Shown: in pieces, positions 10,347 through 18,266 of the stretch
Layout of the letters: the number at the start of each line of letters is the position of its first letter
How positions within the stretch are numbered: the first letter of the stretch is position 1
Virus record (IMG/VR): IMGVR_UViG_3300048009_000268
Coordinates: 1 to 35,014 of that record
DNA from: a virus
Lineage: Duplodnaviria > Caudoviricetes
Length of the DNA: 35,014 nt
Direction: 5' to 3' (one strand)
Notes under the pieces: generated by a model
Databases searched by the model: none
The model's input: only the letters and a program-made list of their open reading frames with translations
What the model was told of the DNA's origin: nothing
Position numbers and translations under genes: made by a program

Positions 10347-10521
10347 TCACATAGTTTTCTTTAGGTCTGTACCAATTCTTTTGATGGTACAGTCTAGCCA
10401 ATAAATTGACTATCTCTTTCTTGTCTGCATCATTGTCAAATGATGTTTGAAGTAGATGTAGAGCACGTTCAATATGCTCTACATCTTTTACTGTTAGATT
10501 AAAGTTGCCATTTGGTTTCAT
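10339..10521 (-). CDS. Small phage hypothetical protein
   Basis: 60 aa ORF overlapping the aox start. TAAGTA lies 4 nt upstream of the ATG. Confidence 0.65.
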   Translation of the reverse strand: MKPNGNFNLTVKDVEHIERALHLLQTSFDNDADKKEIVNLLARLYHQKNWYRPKENYVSG

Positions 10522-10537
10522 ACTGTACTTAGTTCAG

Positions 10538-10672
10538 TTAGAATGACTCGTACATTTTATGTTTGAACTCAGATATTTCGTCAGCTTTTTTATAGTAGCC
10601 TTTGTTTCTTAATTCACGAATTGCCATACAGTAACTTCTGTACTCCATTGCTTTTAGAAACTTTCTAAACAT
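10538..10672 (-). CDS. Unlisted 44-aa small protein MFRKFLKAMEYRSYCMAIRELRNKGYYKKADEISEFKHKMYESF
   Basis: Translated by hand: ATG at 10672, TAA at 10540-10538. It overlaps the upstream stop and shares A-x-x-EL-x-x-x-GY-x-x-x-A with the upstream ORF. Confidence 0.75.
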   Translation of the reverse strand: MFRKFLKAMEYRSYCMAIRELRNKGYYKKADEISEFKHKMYESF

Positions 10673-10865
10673 CGTTCTTGTCTTTCTGTAGCATCAAAGC
10701 CTTTGCTTCTTCATGGTATCCCATACGAGATAGTTCAGATGCAGCTCTTGCTCTACCTGCTGACTCGCCCATAGCAATCATACCTACTATAATACATGTA
10801 AAAAACTTGTATACAAGTGGTAAAGGGTTACGAATTTTGACTGGTGTATTTCCTACAACTTCCAT
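10665..10865 (-). CDS. Small protein with a hydrophobic segment and ESAGRARAASELSRMGYHEEAK motif
   Basis: The ATG at 10865 overlaps the DUF1127 stop (TAATG coupling). The ORF track start at 10874 is an alternative. Confidence 0.7.
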   Translation of the reverse strand: MEVVGNTPVKIRNPLPLVYKFFTCIIVGMIAMGESAGRARAASELSRMGYHEEAKALMLQKDKNDV

Positions 10866-11107
10866 TATACCCACCCTTTTAAATTATGATTAACAGAACG
10901 GTTAAGAGTGCTGTCGCCATATGCAATGTTGCGGATGTCACCGCGAGCAATGCCTATGTCATTTAACTCATAGTCTGATAGTCTTGAAAGATCTTTGATT
11001 GTTTGTCTTACTTGGGCTCTGTAAGCGAGTTTGGCTTTAATTTTTTTAAACCAGCTTGCCAAGCCAGTCAGACCGATTGTGTCGGCCGCCATTATCAATG
11101 TAGTCAC
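10865..11107 (-). CDS. DUF1127 (YjiS-like) small protein
   Basis: Canonical DUF1127 core RQTIKDLSRLSDYELNDIGIARGDI. GTG start with an AAGGAG RBS. Confidence 0.88.
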   Translation of the reverse strand: MTTLIMAADTIGLTGLASWFKKIKAKLAYRAQVRQTIKDLSRLSDYELNDIGIARGDIRNIAYGDSTLNRSVNHNLKGWV

Positions 11108-11262
11108 AATGACTCTCCTTTATGTGTATATGTGTGTGATAGCAGGTCTGTCACGTACCCCTGGTCTTTGCTAGGCGTCACCTTTGTATGGCATAGGAAT
11201 GCCCTTCATTTTTTATGAGCTGAAGACGCTCTAAATAGTACAGGATCACTGTCCTATTCGCT
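11108..11262 (-). ncRNA. Candidate structured 5' leader or sRNA upstream of the DUF1127 gene
   Basis: Hand-folded stems on the minus strand: AGGA-CAGUGA-UCCU; GCGUC/GACGC enclosing CUUCA/UGAAG and GGCAU-UCCU-AUGCC; UAGCA/UGCUA. No family recognised. Confidence 0.45.
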
Positions 11263-11264
11263 AC

Positions 11265-11295
11265 TATTTATATAACAATAACACTATATTGCAAG
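11265..11295 (-). promoter_or_regulatory. Leftward promoter for the DUF1127-aox island
   Basis: Minus strand CTTGCAA...TATAAATA. The full T4-late consensus TATAAATA is at 11272-11265. Confidence 0.55.
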
Positions 11296-11311
11296 GATTA
11301 CTAGTGTTAAT

Positions 11312-11340
11312 TTTGCATTGCCGTTATGCAAAGTTTGCAT
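11312..11340. promoter_or_regulatory. LysR-type (T-N11-A) dyad operator GCAT-N7-ATGC-N7-GCAT
   Basis: TTTGCAT-TGCCGTT-ATGCAAA-G-TTTGCAT: two overlapping inverted repeats. ATGCAAAGTTTGCAT is a perfect dyad. Confidence 0.6.
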
Positions 11341-11351
11341 ATGTTGGACAA

Positions 11352-11369
11352 CTGTAATCTGTTTGTAAT
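11352..11369 (+). promoter_or_regulatory. Pho-box-like direct repeat
   Basis: CTGTAAT-CTGT-TTGTAAT has the 11-bp period of the PhoB consensus CTGTCAT-N4-CTGTCAT and lies upstream of a PiT-like gene. Confidence 0.6.
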
Positions 11370-11391
11370 CATCTATTTGTTAAATATTTGA

Positions 11392-11420
11392 TTGACAGTA
11401 ATATTAAGTGATGTTACAGT
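11392..11420 (+). promoter_or_regulatory. Sigma70-like promoter
   Basis: TTGACA-N17-TACAGT. Confidence 0.65.
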
Positions 11421-11493
11421 TAAAAAATAGTAAGCAATCTCGCTTACTAGTTTGTGAGCGACGGGGTAAAGCCGTCAAGCAAAGGAGAAAAGA

Positions 11494-12465
11494 ATGGAAG
11501 CACTTACTCTATGGAGCCTTACAGGGTTCCTATTCGCAGCATACGCTGTAATTGCCAACGACTCAGTACAGACTCTCGGTACATGGATGGCATCAAACAA
11601 TGAGAGATTCAACTACAAAACTTTATGGGGAGCAGCAAGTGCGGTGTTACTTGCAACCTTATGGTATGGTTGGACAGTAAATGGTGGTGACATCAGTTAC
11701 GGAAGACTTAACAAGATACCCTGGCAAGAAGTACAATGGTATCATGCAGCCGCGCCTGCAATACTTGTTGCACTAACACGTTTAGGTGTACCAGTATCAA
11801 CTTCGTTCTTGGTCTTATCAGTATTTGCTTCAACTTTCGTGTTGGAGAAAATGCTTATGAAATCGATAATGGGTTACGGTGTAGCCGCAGGTTTTGCATA
11901 CATGGTATGGTTTGCTATAACAAAGTATGCAAACAGTTGGTTCGACGAAACACAACCTGTTAGCGAAGGCAATAAAAAGTTTTGGCGTATTGCACAATGG
12001 ATAGCAACTGGTGGCTTGTGGTGGACATGGCTTAGTCATGACATGGCAAACATCGCTGTATTCCTACCACGTGTAGTTCCGATAGACTTAATGGTCTTAA
12101 TTAGTTTTGTATTTGTAGCAGGCATGTTCTTTATGTTTAAAGAACGTGGTGGTAAGATACAACAAATTGTTCTAGAGAAGCATAATACAAAATATGTAAG
12201 ATCAGCAACACTGATTGATTTATTCTATTGGTTGTGCTTGTACTTCTTTAAAGAGCTCAACGATATTCCTATGAGTACAACTTGGGTGTTCGTTGGTCTA
12301 CTTGCAGGACGTGAACTTGCAATGGCTACATACTATGGTAAGCAAAAGACCAAGAGTGTGTTTCCACTTGTAGCAAAGGACTTTGGAAAGATGATGGTAG
12401 GACTTGGTGCTTCAGTAGCATTGGTTCTTATGATACATTATATTATCCTACCAAACGGACTGTAA
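11494..12465 (+). CDS. Divergent PiT/Pho4-family inorganic phosphate transporter-like membrane protein
   Basis: Multiple TM segments and two internal repeats of PiT-like signatures: IANDSVQT...PVSTSF and SHDMANIA...PMSTTW (compare GANDVAN / PVSTTH). Confidence 0.65.
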   Translation: MEALTLWSLTGFLFAAYAVIANDSVQTLGTWMASNNERFNYKTLWGAASAVLLATLWYGWTVNGGDISYGRLNKIPWQEVQWYHAAAPAILVALTRLGVPVSTSFLVLSVFASTFVLEKMLMKSIMGYGVAAGFAYMVWFAITKYANSWFDETQPVSEGNKKFWRIAQWIATGGLWWTWLSHDMANIAVFLPRVVPIDLMVLISFVFVAGMFFMFKERGGKIQQIVLEKHNTKYVRSATLIDLFYWLCLYFFKELNDIPMSTTWVFVGLLAGRELAMATYYGKQKTKSVFPLVAKDFGKMMVGLGASVALVLMIHYIILPNGL

Positions 12466-12477
12466 TACAACAAAAAA

Positions 12478-12503
12478 TAAAAAGACGTTTCGGCGTCTTT
12501 TTT
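12478..12503 (+). terminator. Rho-independent terminator
   Basis: AAAAAGACG-TTTCGG-CGTCTTTTTT hairpin with a T tract; an A tract on the other side suggests it is bidirectional. Confidence 0.8.
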
Positions 12504-12504
12504 C

Positions 12505-12533
12505 TTGACTTTTAAACCATTTGTATATATACT
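12505..12533 (+). promoter_or_regulatory. Sigma70-like promoter for prs
   Basis: TTGACT-N17-TATACT. Confidence 0.75.
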
Positions 12534-12579
12534 ATACAAACACTAAGAAATTAACCATCCATAGCGGAAAGGAAACAGT

Positions 12580-13518
12580 TTGAAGATGAAAATAATCGCA
12601 GGTAATAGCAATAGGGCATTAGCACAAGATATTGCAGAACACTGTTTTGCTGGACTGGTGCCAGCCACAATATCAACATTTGCAGACGGAGAAACAAGTG
12701 TTGAGTTTGAAGAAAACGTTAGAGGCGAAGATGTGTTTATTATACAAAGTACATCATCCCCTGTAAATGACAGTTTAATGGAACTGTTGATTATGATTGA
12801 TGCGGCAAGACGATCAAGTGCTAGTCGTATTACTGCTGTTATTCCTTACTTCGGTTATGCTAGACAAGATCGTAAGAGTGCAAGTCGTACTCCTATTACA
12901 GCAAAACTAGTTGCTAACCTATTAACAACATCAGGCGCAGATAGAATCCTTACAATGGATCTACACGCAGGACAGATACAGGGCTTCTTTGATATTCCAG
13001 TGGACGATTTAACAAGCCGTAAAGTATTTGCCAAAGACATCAAATATAAAGTTAACACAGAAGAGCCGACAGTGTTTGTATCACCAGATGCAGGTGGTGC
13101 TGTTAGAGCTCGTAAGTTTGCAGACATGTTCCACGGGGACATTGCTATTGTAGACAAGCGTAGGCCTGAAGCAGGCAAGAGCGAAGTGATGGCACTGATT
13201 GGTGATGTTGAAGGCAAACATGCTATTCTAGTTGACGACATTGTTGACTCAGGCGGAACATTATGTAGTGCGGCCAAAGCAATTATGGACGCAGGTGCAT
13301 TGTCAGTTCGTGCTTATATTACACATGGTGTATTGTCAGGCGAAGCATGTAACAAGGTTGAAAAGAGTGTGTTAGAGGAGTTAGTAGTTACAGATAGTAT
13401 CAACGATCGTTGTCCTAAGAACTGTAAAAAGACACGACAGGTTAGTGTCGCGCCTTTATTTGGTGAAGCAATCCGTAGAGTATCAAACGAAGAAAGCGTT
13501 AGTAGTTTATTTTCCTAA
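12580..13518 (+). CDS. prs: Ribose-phosphate pyrophosphokinase (PRPP synthetase)
   Basis: [35 protein letters not shown] and [10 protein letters not shown] motifs. Confidence 0.96.
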   Translation: MKMKIIAGNSNRALAQDIAEHCFAGLVPATISTFADGETSVEFEENVRGEDVFIIQSTSSPVNDSLMELLIMIDAARRSSASRITAVIPYFGYARQDRKSASRTPITAKLVANLLTTSGADRILTMDLHAGQIQGFFDIPVDDLTSRKVFAKDIKYKVNTEEPTVFVSPDAGGAVRARKFADMFHGDIAIVDKRRPEAGKSEVMALIGDVEGKHAILVDDIVDSGGTLCSAAKAIMDAGALSVRAYITHGVLSGEACNKVEKSVLEELVVTDSINDRCPKNCKKTRQVSVAPLFGEAIRRVSNEESVSSLFS

Positions 13519-14268
13519 CGCTGTTTCAATGTGTTTGATGTATTCGTCAATGCTGTGATCGCTAAATGAGTCTACCTTACCAGCCTTAATGCCCATCCAT
13601 AAACCACGTAACTTATCTTTAAAGCGTTGCCAAGAATTTAAGTTACGAACGTTGCCATAGGCGTTGATGTAGTGTTTAGTGCCATGATGCTTATAACCCA
13701 TAAACGACGGAGGAACTGTAGTAACAATGTCATTATTGTTTCTCCATCTATGATGCTCAACACATAGGCTATCACAATACCCCTTCCAGCCTACACGAGG
13801 TGACCCGTATGTATAAAGCTCTATAGGATCGTTAAGTTCAATGTTATGTTTACAACGACTTGCCATTATAGTAGCCATTGCCGCTCCTAAACTATGTCCA
13901 GTGAACCAAAGTGTTTTACTTAAATTTGTTTTACGTAGAACATCTTCTTCAACCATTGGCCAAAGTTCATCAACTTCTGCTTTGAAACCTCTGTGTACTC
14001 GACTCATAGTTTCTGCAAGAACTGGTAGGGCTTTTAGATCTGCTTTGATGTCATTAAACTCTGTAGGTTGTGTTCCTCTGCAAGCAATTACTAAGTCTGT
14101 CTTGTTCATAAAACGATATGCTTGAGCTCCGTCTTTGTCGTAAAACTCTGTTGTAGTAAATCCTAATTTTTTCGCTTGCTTTTTTGCTTCATCGAAGTTA
14201 TAATATGCTACTTGTGATAATTTCGCAAATAACAATGACCTTTCGAGAAAGTTTAATTGATGTATCAT
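13507..14268 (-). CDS. Class 3 lipase (alpha/beta hydrolase)
   Basis: [18 protein letters not shown] nucleophile elbow, [18 protein letters not shown] and DHSI. The ATG at 14268 follows GGAGGG; the ORF track start is 14289. Confidence 0.88.
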   Translation of the reverse strand: MIHQLNFLERSLLFAKLSQVAYYNFDEAKKQAKKLGFTTTEFYDKDGAQAYRFMNKTDLVIACRGTQPTEFNDIKADLKALPVLAETMSRVHRGFKAEVDELWPMVEEDVLRKTNLSKTLWFTGHSLGAAMATIMASRCKHNIELNDPIELYTYGSPRVGWKGYCDSLCVEHHRWRNNNDIVTTVPPSFMGYKHHGTKHYINAYGNVRNLNSWQRFKDKLRGLWMGIKAGKVDSFSDHSIDEYIKHIETALGK

Positions 14269-14335
14269 GTTGCCCTCCATTATGTACATTTATTTATTGT
14301 TATTGTAACTAAATACACATATAGGAATTAGAATA

Positions 14336-14599
14336 ATGCGTAAGAAAACACGAAGCATACTAGAAGAACTTAATAACTTAGGTAAGCCTAAGAACGATGA
14401 CCTTCTAATTGAAGCAACAGCAAGTAACATAATTGAAAGCTCTATTAATTTGCTTAATATGATTCACCGTGTTTATGACCAAGACAATGCCGCTGAATTA
14501 GAAAGGCGTTTTCTTAACAGTATAAGGTCGGGCGATCCACGTAAGTTTAAAAGAAGTATAACAAGAATTATTGAAGGAAAAAATAATGATACTGAATGA
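14336..14599 (+). CDS. Phage hypothetical protein
   Basis: 87 aa. TAAATA at 14310 and an AGGA RBS; first gene of the late cluster. Confidence 0.7.
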   Translation: MRKKTRSILEELNNLGKPKNDDLLIEATASNIIESSINLLNMIHRVYDQDNAAELERRFLNSIRSGDPRKFKRSITRIIEGKNNDTE

Positions 14600-15353
14600 A
14601 GGTGGAAACATATTCCAAGGTACAGAACCGTTTGATCATAAAATTATTCCAGCCATGATGAAGCAGATTAATAGTGTAACAACTAAAACAGGTGCTAAAG
14701 CATTGCCAATAGGATCAGGCGCATCGCCAACTCCAGGTAAGATAAGCGGCGACCTTGATATGATTATTGATGCCGGCGCATTGTTTAAGCATTTTAATGT
14801 TACAACTCCTAAAGATGCAAGAATAGAATTAGAAAAGTTATTTCAACAAGCAGGATATGAAACAAAGCGTAGCGGAACAAGTGTCCATGTTAAAACAACA
14901 GCAGGCAAAGCCGCACAGCAAGTTGACATAATGGTTGTTGCTAACGGTGACACAGCACAAAAGTTTCATGTTCATGACATACCAAAAGGTTCACCGTATA
15001 AAGGTGTACACAAGCAGATACTAATTGCGGACCTAGCAAAGAATACAAAGAATGAAAATCATCCAGAAGGCATGAAGTGGAGTGCATACAAAGGATTGTT
15101 AGATCGTAGAGATGATGCTATGATATCTAATAACTTAGATGAAATTGCCAAGATACTTTTAGGTGGTGATGCAAAAGCAAAAGACTTAGCATCAGTAGAA
15201 GCAATGGTTGCTAAAAGTCCTATGGCTAAAGATTTAGTAGATAAACAAGAACAAAACGAGTTTGCCGATACACCATGGAAGAAATCAAAAGTGGCTGTAG
15301 AAACACTAGGTGAAAAACAACTACGTAGAATTAAAGAGTTACTTCCAAGATGA
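14586..15353 (+). CDS. Pol-beta superfamily nucleotidyltransferase-like protein
   Basis: IGS-x11-DLD (IGSGASPTPGKISGDLDMII) plus a third acidic residue in QVDIM. Likely start MILNEGG at 14586. Confidence 0.65.
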   Translation: MILNEGGNIFQGTEPFDHKIIPAMMKQINSVTTKTGAKALPIGSGASPTPGKISGDLDMIIDAGALFKHFNVTTPKDARIELEKLFQQAGYETKRSGTSVHVKTTAGKAAQQVDIMVVANGDTAQKFHVHDIPKGSPYKGVHKQILIADLAKNTKNENHPEGMKWSAYKGLLDRRDDAMISNNLDEIAKILLGGDAKAKDLASVEAMVAKSPMAKDLVDKQEQNEFADTPWKKSKVAVETLGEKQLRRIKELLPR

Positions 15354-16441
15354 GATTTACAGAGTTCAGACACACGTTAACTGAGGCAGCCAAGGTTGGT
15401 AGAGAATATCAACACTTAGAGGACCTTGTTTTTGTTCACGGATCTAAAGGCGCACTTAAAGCCGCAGACGTACTTGATAACTTAGGTACTGACAGTTCAG
15501 ATGTTGCAATTAAATGGGACGGTAATCCTACTATCTATTGGGGTCGCGAAGAGAATGGCGAGTTTGTAATGGTAGGTAAGAACGGTTGGGGCAGAAACAA
15601 AAGCAAGAGTGCAGAAGACCTTGCTAACTTTATTAAGACCTCAGGCAAAGGTGAAGAGTGGCGTGAAAAATTTGGCAATGATATGGGTGCAATTTTTAAT
15701 ATACTTAAGAGTGCAACTCCGCCAAGTGTAAATCAATATGTGTACGGTGATTTATTATATCATCCTGGTAAACCATATATAATTAAAGACGGCAAAATAC
15801 AATTTACACCCAACAAAGTTACATATACTGTAGATGCAAACAGTGACATAGGCAAACGTATTGCACAAAGTAAAGTAGGTGTTACTGTACACACACGTTA
15901 CAATGACTTTGGCGATAAGGCAGGACAACCTATACAACAAACAGGCGAATTGAATAATAAAGATGTTGTTGTACTAGGACAAACGTATGTATCACATCAA
16001 CCTGAAGTTAATACAAAAGAAACAGACAAAATACGTAAACAAGTAAATGCTCATGCAGGACATATTGATAAGTTCCTAGCAGGTGTACAAGGTTTGAGCA
16101 ATCCAGCAGCAATCATTTACACCTATATGAATCATATGACTCGCACACAGCAGATAGATAATATAGAAAATGGATTTTTTGATTGGCTTAAAACAAGCAA
16201 AGTTAGTCAAGGACAACAGGCAAAACTAGCGGCAATGAATGAAAGCAATCCAGAGGCGTTGCCAGCAATCTTTAGTTTAGTAAAACAAATAATGATTGCA
16301 AAGGATGATGTTATTACACAACTAGACGGAGCAGATGCAGATATCAAAGCATCGACAGGCGATGAGCAAGGCGGCGAAGGTTACGTTGCTCAAAAGTCAA
16401 AAATAAAACTGGTTCCACGAACTAGGTGGCAACCAAACTAA
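15350..16441 (+). CDS. KxDG covalent nucleotidyltransferase (RNA/DNA-ligase-fold) protein
   Basis: Motif I KWDG, motif III-like YGDLLY, motif IV EGYV and motif V KIKLV. Overlaps the upstream gene by ATGA. Confidence 0.6.
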   Translation: MRFTEFRHTLTEAAKVGREYQHLEDLVFVHGSKGALKAADVLDNLGTDSSDVAIKWDGNPTIYWGREENGEFVMVGKNGWGRNKSKSAEDLANFIKTSGKGEEWREKFGNDMGAIFNILKSATPPSVNQYVYGDLLYHPGKPYIIKDGKIQFTPNKVTYTVDANSDIGKRIAQSKVGVTVHTRYNDFGDKAGQPIQQTGELNNKDVVVLGQTYVSHQPEVNTKETDKIRKQVNAHAGHIDKFLAGVQGLSNPAAIIYTYMNHMTRTQQIDNIENGFFDWLKTSKVSQGQQAKLAAMNESNPEALPAIFSLVKQIMIAKDDVITQLDGADADIKASTGDEQGGEGYVAQKSKIKLVPRTRWQPN

Positions 16442-16453
16442 AAGGAAAATAAA

Positions 16454-16822
16454 ATGAAAATTAATGAATTAATTTTAGAAGCAGACTTTGATATGGATTA
16501 CCGTCCAGGTCTTGATCCGCATGGATCAGAATTAGACAAAGACGATGACAGTGTAGCAGTCAAACTTAAAGGTGAGCCTATGCAAGTCCAGCTTATGAGA
16601 ATTGAAGATTCGGAAGAAGACGACGATATTAAAAATCCTGTAAGAAGTGTTGTAACTTCTGACAACAAGAAGATTAGAGTTGAACGTCCTGAAGCAGTAG
16701 CAATACTTAAAGCACTTAAAAGCCCAGGTGGCAAGCCAGCGCAAAAACTACAACTTCAAAAGAAAATTCAAGACTCAGCAGGATTAGTTAGTATTCTTAA
16801 TATCTTACGCAAGAAGAAGTAA
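16454..16822 (+). CDS. Hypothetical protein, putative internal head protein
   Basis: AAGGA RBS. N-terminus MKINELILE-AD. Confidence 0.65.
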   Translation: MKINELILEADFDMDYRPGLDPHGSELDKDDDSVAVKLKGEPMQVQLMRIEDSEEDDDIKNPVRSVVTSDNKKIRVERPEAVAILKALKSPGGKPAQKLQLQKKIQDSAGLVSILNILRKKK

Positions 16823-17196
16823 TGGACTTTCTTAGGGCATTAGAAAACGATACTGAGATACAGCCTGACAAAGAGTCAGCTGAGTTACTCGGTAAGTTAG
16901 AAGAACTACAATTAGTTTTTAACGATCTAGAAGAGCTAGATGAAGGTGCATTTGACCGTATTGAAAAACGTGTTGAAGCAAGAGACCTAGCTCTATATAG
17001 AATGATTGTAGGTCAACGTAATATGATGCTCACTAAAAAGTTCTTAGAACTAGCACTTGCTGGCAAAAGCGTACCCAGTACAATGGTAAAAGGCTTTGTT
17101 CCTGCACTAGAAATGCTGGATGATATCGTTACAGCAGGCCCAGGATACGTTCAAATGCTTAAATTACTACATCAGAGAGCCAAAAAGGGCTCATAA
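16822..17196 (+). CDS. Phage hypothetical protein
   Basis: 124 aa, TAATG-coupled to the upstream gene. Confidence 0.65.
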   Translation: MDFLRALENDTEIQPDKESAELLGKLEELQLVFNDLEELDEGAFDRIEKRVEARDLALYRMIVGQRNMMLTKKFLELALAGKSVPSTMVKGFVPALEMLDDIVTAGPGYVQMLKLLHQRAKKGS

Positions 17197-17316
17197 TCAC
17201 TATTTTTTTATAAAAAGGCTAAATAATAATAAGCACTTCGTAAAGAGTTTACGGATAGTGTCATTAGAGCCGAAGAGGTAATACTCTTCAATTTTATATT
17301 AAACAGGAGAAATAAA

Positions 17317-17691
17317 ATGGCAACACAAGCAAAAGTAAATGGTTTAACAACCGCAGGTAGTTTTTATGGATATGATCCAATCATCCTTAAGATTACAGGA
17401 ACAAACGTAGCAACAGCAGATACAGCGTCAGCAGACGGTGTAGCAGCGTTCACACAAGGTAACTTGGCAAAAGCAATTAGTGCAATCCAAACACAAATGA
17501 GCGTTGTACACGTTGGCGAAAGAGCTGACGACATAGTATGTGTAATGATTGACTCAGCAACAGCAAACGCATATGTTTCAGCTAACACTGACACAGACGT
17601 AGCAGCAGCTGTTAAAGCATTAGTAGATACAGCAACAGGTGTTACATCAACTGTAGCTGAAATCACACTAACAGCAGGCGACTTAGCATAA
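17317..17691 (+). CDS. Small A/T/V-rich virion structural protein (probably abundant)
   Basis: Own TAAATA at 17220, structured leader, CAGGAG RBS, biased codons (GCA/ACA) and a downstream terminator. Confidence 0.6.
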   Translation: MATQAKVNGLTTAGSFYGYDPIILKITGTNVATADTASADGVAAFTQGNLAKAISAIQTQMSVVHVGERADDIVCVMIDSATANAYVSANTDTDVAAAVKALVDTATGVTSTVAEITLTAGDLA

Positions 17692-17737
17692 TTCCTAGCT
17701 ACCTTTAGGAACCGTGATGTTATAAAGGCGTCACATC

Positions 17738-17769
17738 AAAAGGCTCACTTTTTAAGTGGGCCTTTTTTT
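17738..17769 (+). terminator. Rho-independent terminator
   Basis: AAAAGGCTCAC-TTTTTAA-GTGGGCCTTTTTTT. Confidence 0.8.
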
Positions 17770-17787
17770 ATGGCTATAAGTATTAAC

Positions 17788-18168
17788 ATGCGTTTTATAT
17801 TAAAAACTTTAGTAGATATTACACCAACCTATGCTCGTAGAACTGAGGATAGATACATGTACAATCAACATCAAAACTACATGACAGTAATAAACACACT
17901 AGGGTTGCGTAGTAATCCTACATCGGTTGTTGTTACAGATATAACAGAGTCTACAAAATACTTTGGCTCAACTTACACAGGTGAACAAAAAGTTTGGACA
18001 ATTGAGTTTGAAGTAGAACGTGAAGGAAGTTTAGAAGTACCTATGTTAAAAGAAGACTTTAATTTAGTACCCTTTATAGCCGGTTTGAGCGAAACTATAG
18101 AGTTCAATAATTCCATTTTTCAGTCAACCAATAAGAAGTATAAGAACATATATTTTGAACAGATATGA
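17788..18168 (+). CDS. Phage hypothetical protein (TLVDIT motif)
   Basis: Likely start is the ATG at 17788, 5 nt after TAAGTA. The ORF track start at 17770 directly abuts the terminator T tract. Confidence 0.65.
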   Translation: MRFILKTLVDITPTYARRTEDRYMYNQHQNYMTVINTLGLRSNPTSVVVTDITESTKYFGSTYTGEQKVWTIEFEVEREGSLEVPMLKEDFNLVPFIAGLSETIEFNNSIFQSTNKKYKNIYFEQI

Positions 18169-18266
18169 TAAATAAAAGTATACAACAAAACAAACAGGCA
18201 TCTATTTTAAGGCTAACTACGAGTTTACTTAACAAAATCCTTGAGCAGGATACACGGAGATAATAG

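Noticed and set aside
11216-11232. CTGAAGA as a hammerhead ribozyme core on the plus strand
   Set aside because: No stem II followed by GAAA, and no cleavage-triplet arrangement could be built.
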